Shown piece by piece: positions 5,002 through 10,639 of a stretch of DNA of 10,639 nt. The DNA is from Candidatus Eiseniibacteriota bacterium (lineage in GTDB: Bacteria > Eisenbacteria > RBG-16-71-46 > DASYSL01). Position numbers and translations under genes: made by a program. Under the pieces are notes generated by a model that made no database searches, had not been told where the DNA came from, and was given only the letters and a program-made list of their open reading frames with translations. How positions within the stretch are numbered: position 1 is the stretch's first letter; every line of letters begins with the position of its first letter. The DNA is taken from contig JANPEF010000032.1 in the NCBI GenBank assembly GCA_031431875.1, forward strand, positions 1-10,639. Direction: 5' to 3'.

Positions 5002-8000
5002 ATGCTCGGACGCGCGCATCGTTCCTTCGGGAGTGGCGACGTTCCGGACCCGCGTTCGCGCGGGGGCCGGGGCGTCGCCGCGCGCGTTTCTGGCGGTCTG
5101 CGGCGTCTTCGCGCGTACGCGCTCGCGGGCGCGCTCGCGTACGCGTACGTGTACGCGCGCGACACCGCGTACGCCGCGCCGCCGATCGGCGGGGCGATCG
5201 ACAACACCGCCACGGGCACCGGGCGCTTCGTCGCCGGCGATGTCCCGTTCACCCAGAACTCGAACACCGTCCGGGCCCGCGTGACCGCTCCGCCGCCGCC
5301 GCCCGTGCTCGCGTTCTTCTCCGGCTCCGACTTCGCGACCGTCGTGCGGTTCGGCGCTCCCGGAGCCCCGCTGCACGTCCAGGCGATCGCCCCGGGCTGC
5401 GACGCCCGGCCCGGCGTGCGCGACACGATCGCGGTCACGATCGCCTCGAGCCGCGCGCTCGACGTCGAGACCGTGGTCGCCATCGAGACCGGCCCGGCGA
5501 CCGGCGTGTTCCGCGTCGAGCCTGCGCTGCCCACGACCGGCGGCACGTTCGGCACGTCGTCGTCGGGCGACCGGATCCTCGCGACGATGCGCGGCGACGT
5601 CGTGACCGCGACGCTGTTCGGCTGCGGCGCGCCGCGCACCGATGCCGTGCTGTGGGTCGAGCCCAGCGGCGTGGTCTTCGCGGCGGTCGGCGGCGCGGTC
5701 GTCCCCGGCGCGCGGATCTCGCTGATCGACGTGACCGGCGCGGGTAACGGCGGCGACGCCGGCGGCCTGGCGCGCGTGTTCCAGCTCGACGGCGTGACTG
5801 TGGCCGCGAATCCGGCTGTGTCGGACGCGACGGGGCGGTTCTCGTTCCCGCTCGCGGCGGCCAGCACGTACCGGCTCGACGTCGTGGCGCCGGGCGGCTG
5901 GGCGTATCCGTCCAGTGTTGCGCCGGGCGCACTGCCGCCGGGGATGCTGGTCGACCCCGCGGGTTCGTACGGCGCTTCGTTCGTCACGACGGACCCGCTG
6001 GGGCCGGTCGTCTTGGACTTGCCGCTCGATCGGCTCGCCGGCGACGCGCTGTTCGTCGAGACCGACGCGCTGCGGCCCGTGGCCGAACTCGGGGATGCGG
6101 TCGACTTCGCGGTGCGCGTCGCGAACCGCACGGCGGGGCCGATCGACTCGATCACCGTCGAGAACAAGACGCCGATCGGGTTTGGATTTGTTTCGGGGAC
6201 TTTGCGAAGGATTGGGACGACGGCGGGCGCTTCGGCGGCCGCGGTGCGGAAGGGCGATGGCCTTCTTGCATCTTCCGGCGCTTCGCGCTCCGCGCTCGCG
6301 GCCGAAGCTCTTGTGCCGCTGCCGGGCGGAGACTCCCGCTCCTTCCGCTTCGCTGTTGGTTCCCTCGCCTCCGGCGAGGTAGCTGAACTCCGCTTCCGCA
6401 CCCGCGTGGGCGCGGGTGCGGTGGACGGCCCGGCCGTGAACCGTGCATGGGCGTTCGCGCCGCCGGCCATCACGTCGAACACCGCGACCGCGGTCGTCGA
6501 GCTCACGGCCGGTCCGTTCGCGATCGAGGGCACGATCCTCGGCACCGTGTTCGTCGACGCCGACGGCGACGGCCGGCCCGGCCGCGGCGAGCCCGCGCTG
6601 CCGGGCGTGCGGCTGTATCTCGACGACGGCACGTACGCGGTGACCGACGCCGACGGGCGCTACAGCCTCTACGGCATCGCGCCGCGCACGCGCGTGCTCA
6701 AGCTCGACGCGACGACGCTGCCGCCGGGAGCGCGCCCCGTGTCGACCGACGCGCGCGATGCGGAGACGCCGGGCCTGCGCTTCGTCGACCTCACGCTCGG
6801 CGATTTCCAGCGCGCCGACTTCGCGATCGCCGCCGACAGCGCGTTGATCGCCGCGTCCGAGGCGCGCCGGGCGGCGCTGGCCAAGACCGGTCGCGGCGAG
6901 CTCGACCGGGCGCTCGTGCGCGGCGCCAACCCGCTCGCGCCCGTGCGGCCCACGCCGGATCCGCGCTCGCTCCCGGCCGAGGGCATCACGACCGGTGAGG
7001 CTCGCCTGCCGCTGTTCGACGGCGCGCCCTCGTCGCTCGCGACGTCGCGCCGCAAGGACGCCGACGAGGGCGACGGCGCGCTCGAGTCGCGCATCGCCAC
7101 GCTCGGACCCGCGCCCGGGTTCGTGGACTTCGCCGCGGTCGACACCGTGGGCGCGACGCAGGTCGACGTGCGGGTGAAGGGCCCGTTCGGCGCGCTGTTC
7201 GGGCTTTCGGTGGGCGGCCAGATCGTGCCCGCGAGCCGCGTCGGCCGCAAGGTATCCTCGCCCGAGGCGAACGCCGAGGCCTGGGAGTTCGTCGGCGTGG
7301 CGCTGAAGCCCGGTACCAACACGCTCGAGCTCACCTCGATCGGCGGCCGCGACGGCGCGGCGACGGTGAACGTGCGCGCGATCGTCGTCGCACCCGATCG
7401 CCCCGCTCGGCTTTCGATCGACGCGCCCGCGCGGGTCGCCGCCGACGGCTTTGCGCCCGCGACGCTGACGCTCGCGCTCACCGACGCCGCCGGCGTGCCG
7501 GTCGCCGCGCGCACGCTGGTCACGCTCGAGGCGTCGCTCGGCCGCCTGCTCGCCGACGACCTCGATCCGACGACCGCGGGCACGCAGCTCGCGCTCGAGG
7601 GCGGGTTCGCGACGGTGGACCTGGCGGGACAGGGCGCGCCGGGTGTGGCCGACCTCACCGCGCGCACCGCTGCCGGGCTCGAGGCGACCGCGCGCGTTTC
7701 ATTGGTGCCGGACCTCCGGCCCACGCTCGCGGTCGGTTCGCTCGAGGGGGTGGTCGCGCTCAGCGGATCTCCGGGCGGCCGCGCGCCGGCCGACGTCCTG
7801 CCCCGGCCGCTGTTCGAGGCCGCGCCGGTCGCGTTCGTGTCGCAGAGCTCCGACGGCGACCAGATGGCGGCGATCCGCGGCTCGGCCTTCTATAAAGGAC
7901 GGGTCAAGGACGACATCCTGCTCACCCTGGGCTACGACTCGGAGCGGGCACCCCACGTCCGCGCGTTCCGCGACATCCAGCCCGACGCGTACTACCCGCT

Positions 8001-10203
8001 CTACGGCGACGCCGCGGTGCGTGGGTTCGAAGCGCAGTCGACGCGGCCGCTGTACGCGCGCGTCGATCGCCGCGGCGCCTCGCTCCTGTACGGCGACTTC
8101 GTGACGCCGGGCATGGGCGGCGGGCGCACGCTCGGCGGCTACAGCCGGAGCTTGAACGGCGTGGTCGGCAGCTACGAGGACGCGCGCGTTCGCTTCGCCG
8201 GCTGGTCGAGCCGCGAGCGCTCCACCCGCCAGGTCGACGAGCTGCGCGGGCGCGGCGTCTCGGGGCCGTACGCGTTGACCATCGCGCCGCTGGTCGACGG
8301 CAGCGAGCGCGTCGAGGTCGTGGTGCGCGACCGCAGCCAGACGGCGGTCGTGCTCTCGGCCGAGTCGCGGCAGCGCTTCGTCGACTACACGATCGACGCG
8401 CTCACCGGCGAGATCCTGCTCAAGGCGCCGCTGCCCAGCGTCGACTCCGACCTGAATCCGGTGTCCCTGCGCGTCACCTACGAGATCGAGGCCGGCGGCG
8501 AGGCCTACTGGACGACCGGGTTCGAGGGCAGCGTGCGCCGCGGTCGCGTGGAAGTCGGTGGCACCTACGTCGACGACCACGATCCGATCGCGGCTGGCTC
8601 GATCCGCAGCGTCTTCGCCGCGGCGAAGACCGGCGCGCGCTCGGGGCTCGAAGCCGAGTTCGCGACCACGCGCGAGAACGCGACCGGCGACAGCGACATC
8701 GGCGGCCGCGTCGAGTGGCGCCACGCCGCGACCGGTGTCGAGGCGCGCCTCTACGCCGGCGCGACCGGCGAGGAGTTCTTCAACCCGACGTCGGGCTACG
8801 GTGCGGGGCGTCTCGAAGGGGGCGGGCGGATGACCGCGGTCTTGAACCCCCGCCTGCGGTTCCATGGCCAGGCGATCTTCACCGGCGACACCAGGGGTGG
8901 CGAGCGGCGCGGCGGCGTGCTCGTCGCCGTCGAGCGGAAGCTGGGCGAGCGCTGGCGCGGCGAGCTGGGCCTGCGCCTGGCCGACGGGCGGACCGGCGAC
9001 AAGGTCGACGAGGACTTCGCGGCACTCGTGCGCGCGCGGGTGCTCTTGAGCGTGCCGTCGGTGCGTGCGCTCGACGCGTACCTCGAGCTCGAGCAGGACA
9101 CGCGGGATTCGGATCGCCGGATGGCGGCGCTGGGTGCGGAAATGCTCCTCATGAAGCGAGTCCGGGCCTACGGCCGCCATGAGTTCATCGGCGGGCGGCT
9201 CGAGCCGTGGGCGCTCACGGGCGCGACCGCGAACCACTCGACCGTCTTCGGAATCGACGCGAACGTCACGCCCGAGGCGCGCGTGTTCAGCGAGTACCGG
9301 GTCGACGGCGCGATCGGCGGCCGCGATGCCGAGGCCGTGATCGGGCTGCGCAATGCGTGGCGCCTGGCGGGCGGCGCGCGTCTGACCGGCTCGCTCGAGC
9401 GCGTGCAGCCGGTGGGCGTGACGCCGGACACGACCGTCGGCTCGATTGCCGACCCGGGCGCCACGTTCGCCATGGCGCTGGGCATCGACTACGCGACGAG
9501 CCCGTGGTGGAAGGGCTCGGCCCGCGCCGAATACCGCACGGGGAAGACCAGCGACGCCGTCCTCGGCACGTTCGCCGGCACGCTGCGCATCGACCGGGCG
9601 TGGAGCGCGCTGGCGCGCAACCACCTGTCGCTGATGCGCGAACACGGCGGCGGTCGCAGCGATCGCGAGCGGCTCCAGATTGGCGTCGCCTACCGGCCCG
9701 GCGACGTGTGGGACGGCGTCGCGCGCTACGAGTTCCGCTGGGACCGCGACGGTGGTGCCGATCCCGCGCCGGGCGAACTGCCCGAGGCCGACCTGCGGCG
9801 CACCGCGCACGTGTTCTCGGCACACGGCACGGGACCGTTGGCGAAGAAGACGACCGGGTCACTGGCGTGGGCCGGCAAGTGGGTGAACGAGCGGACGGAT
9901 GGGATTGCCACCGCGACGTCGGCGCAGTGGGTCCACGGCCGCGCCTCGTGGTCGCTGGGCACGCGCTATGACGCCAGCCTCCTGGCCAGCTTCCTCACCG
10001 GCACGCACAGCCGCCGCGGCGGCGTCGGCGCCGAGCTGGGCCGCCGCCTGGCACCCGGCGTGTGGCTGTCGGCGGGCTACAACCGCTTCGGCTACTCCGA
10101 CGACGAGCTCACGGGCGAGGAGTACACCCGGCAGGGCGTGCATTTGAGGGTGCGGGCGAAGTTCGATGAGAAGCTGCTGGGGCTGGGTGGGGGGGCGAAG
10201 TGA
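5002..10203 (+). CDS. Large outer-membrane protein: N-terminal hairpin, Ig/carboxypeptidase-regulatory-like domains, DUF11, SdrD-B-like, Big-like domain and a large C-terminal beta-barrel (1733 aa from ATG 5002; the ORF track uses TTG 4918)
   Basis: Signal-like region ending AYA|A at ~5175. SdrD-B motif GTILGTVFVDADGDG...EPALPGVRLYL...TDADGRYS at 6526-6725. DUF11-like domain at 6049-6505. Big_1-like ADGFAPATLTLALTDAAGVPV. From ~7870 there are many alternating-hydrophobic strands (AFYKGRVKDDILLTLGYDS, YYPLYGD, LLYGDF, WLSAGYN, GVHLRVRAKF). The start is uncertain, and TTG 4918 lies inside the hairpin. Confidence 0.85.
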   Translation: MLGRAHRSFGSGDVPDPRSRGGRGVAARVSGGLRRLRAYALAGALAYAYVYARDTAYAAPPIGGAIDNTATGTGRFVAGDVPFTQNSNTVRARVTAPPPPPVLAFFSGSDFATVVRFGAPGAPLHVQAIAPGCDARPGVRDTIAVTIASSRALDVETVVAIETGPATGVFRVEPALPTTGGTFGTSSSGDRILATMRGDVVTATLFGCGAPRTDAVLWVEPSGVVFAAVGGAVVPGARISLIDVTGAGNGGDAGGLARVFQLDGVTVAANPAVSDATGRFSFPLAAASTYRLDVVAPGGWAYPSSVAPGALPPGMLVDPAGSYGASFVTTDPLGPVVLDLPLDRLAGDALFVETDALRPVAELGDAVDFAVRVANRTAGPIDSITVENKTPIGFGFVSGTLRRIGTTAGASAAAVRKGDGLLASSGASRSALAAEALVPLPGGDSRSFRFAVGSLASGEVAELRFRTRVGAGAVDGPAVNRAWAFAPPAITSNTATAVVELTAGPFAIEGTILGTVFVDADGDGRPGRGEPALPGVRLYLDDGTYAVTDADGRYSLYGIAPRTRVLKLDATTLPPGARPVSTDARDAETPGLRFVDLTLGDFQRADFAIAADSALIAASEARRAALAKTGRGELDRALVRGANPLAPVRPTPDPRSLPAEGITTGEARLPLFDGAPSSLATSRRKDADEGDGALESRIATLGPAPGFVDFAAVDTVGATQVDVRVKGPFGALFGLSVGGQIVPASRVGRKVSSPEANAEAWEFVGVALKPGTNTLELTSIGGRDGAATVNVRAIVVAPDRPARLSIDAPARVAADGFAPATLTLALTDAAGVPVAARTLVTLEASLGRLLADDLDPTTAGTQLALEGGFATVDLAGQGAPGVADLTARTAAGLEATARVSLVPDLRPTLAVGSLEGVVALSGSPGGRAPADVLPRPLFEAAPVAFVSQSSDGDQMAAIRGSAFYKGRVKDDILLTLGYDSERAPHVRAFRDIQPDAYYPLYGDAAVRGFEAQSTRPLYARVDRRGASLLYGDFVTPGMGGGRTLGGYSRSLNGVVGSYEDARVRFAGWSSRERSTRQVDELRGRGVSGPYALTIAPLVDGSERVEVVVRDRSQTAVVLSAESRQRFVDYTIDALTGEILLKAPLPSVDSDLNPVSLRVTYEIEAGGEAYWTTGFEGSVRRGRVEVGGTYVDDHDPIAAGSIRSVFAAAKTGARSGLEAEFATTRENATGDSDIGGRVEWRHAATGVEARLYAGATGEEFFNPTSGYGAGRLEGGGRMTAVLNPRLRFHGQAIFTGDTRGGERRGGVLVAVERKLGERWRGELGLRLADGRTGDKVDEDFAALVRARVLLSVPSVRALDAYLELEQDTRDSDRRMAALGAEMLLMKRVRAYGRHEFIGGRLEPWALTGATANHSTVFGIDANVTPEARVFSEYRVDGAIGGRDAEAVIGLRNAWRLAGGARLTGSLERVQPVGVTPDTTVGSIADPGATFAMALGIDYATSPWWKGSARAEYRTGKTSDAVLGTFAGTLRIDRAWSALARNHLSLMREHGGGRSDRERLQIGVAYRPGDVWDGVARYEFRWDRDGGADPAPGELPEADLRRTAHVFSAHGTGPLAKKTTGSLAWAGKWVNERTDGIATATSAQWVHGRASWSLGTRYDASLLASFLTGTHSRRGGVGAELGRRLAPGVWLSAGYNRFGYSDDELTGEEYTRQGVHLRVRAKFDEKLLGLGGGAK

Positions 10204-10639
10204 TGCGGCATTTGAGGCCAGGCCTGGTGCTCGCTGCGCTCGCACTGACATTGCTCGCGCTGACATCGAACAGCGCCCGCGCACAAGTCGTGCGCGGGTA
10301 CACGGCCCGGTACAGCACGAATGGAAACGGCGACATCGCTGTCGTCGGCAACACGCTCATGTCCTGCACCGGAGGCGGCAACGGCGCGGGCAGTTGCAAC
10401 CAGGCGCGCGCCGGACCCGGCAATGCGCTGAACAACAACGACTGGAGCATGGTCTACGTCGACGTCGACGGGGACGGCTCGACGATCAACTCCAGTACGG
10501 CAACGCTGGCGTTGCCGGCCGGTGCGACCGTGCTGTGGGCGGGGCTGTACTGGGGTGGATACTCGGCAGGCGCTTCGCGGAATCAGCTCCGCTTCGGCAC
10601 GCCCACCGCCGGTTACGCGACGCTCACCGCAACGCAGCT
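10203..10639 (+). CDS. Secreted adhesin-like protein (DUF3344-like N-terminal domain typical of DUF11 adhesins), 3'-partial
   Basis: Not in the ORF track because it runs off the window. ATG 10203 overlaps the upstream TGA (TGATG). Translation: MRHLRPGLVLAALALTLLALTSNSARA|QVVRGYTARYSTNGNGDIAVVGNTLMSCTGGGNGAGSCNQARAGPGNALNNNDWSMVYVDVDGDGSTINSSTATLALPAGATVLWAGLYWGGYS... The motifs GNTL, NNN.W.M.YVDVD.D..T.NSS.A.L.LP.G..V.WAGLYW are those seen at the N-terminus of large DUF11-repeat surface proteins. Confidence 0.85.
   Translation, partial: MRHLRPGLVLAALALTLLALTSNSARAQVVRGYTARYSTNGNGDIAVVGNTLMSCTGGGNGAGSCNQARAGPGNALNNNDWSMVYVDVDGDGSTINSSTATLALPAGATVLWAGLYWGGYSAGASRNQLRFGTPTAGYATLTATQ

Noticed and set aside
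5110..5175. GCGTAC-rich quasi-palindromic stretch (AYALAGALAYAYVYA) as a phase-variation tract
   Set aside because: The units are hexameric, in frame and imperfect, and encode the signal-peptide region. Slippage would not shift the frame.
1920..6632. 1570-aa minus-strand ORF
   Set aside because: It is an antisense shadow of three GC3-biased + strand genes, with R/A/P/S-rich low-information translation and no motifs. Stop codons are rare in such frames at this GC content.
6669..9825. Minus-strand ORFs of 351 and 708 aa and numerous alternate-frame ORFs
   Set aside because: They fully overlap the barrel gene and have the composition typical of off-frame high-GC translation.

Overview
High-GC (about 70% by eye) bacterial window with every credible gene on the + strand. 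Left: the 3' part of an NHL-repeat beta-propeller gene whose repeat breaks off at ~1029, then a small helical protein of a type often seen with restriction/defence genes. From 1745 there is an operon of four secreted proteins behind a sigma28-like promoter: (1) a small single-domain DUF11-like protein; (2) an 864-aa six-domain Ig-like/DUF11 protein; (3) a ~1730-1760-aa outer-membrane protein with DUF11, SdrD-B and Ig domains and a large C-terminal beta-barrel; (4) the start of a secreted adhesin-like protein missing from the ORF track. Main finding: the 864-aa protein's last DUF11 domain keeps the isopeptide Lys and Asp but lacks its final Asn-bearing beta-hairpin. That hairpin sits instead at the mature N-terminus of the same protein and of the barrel protein. 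This suggests a sortase-independent, self-crosslinking (donor-strand plus Lys-Asn isopeptide) surface filament with its own barrel anchor/translocon, a catalytically dead chaperone or cap, and a tip adhesin. Family assignments come from motif recognition by eye; no searches were run.
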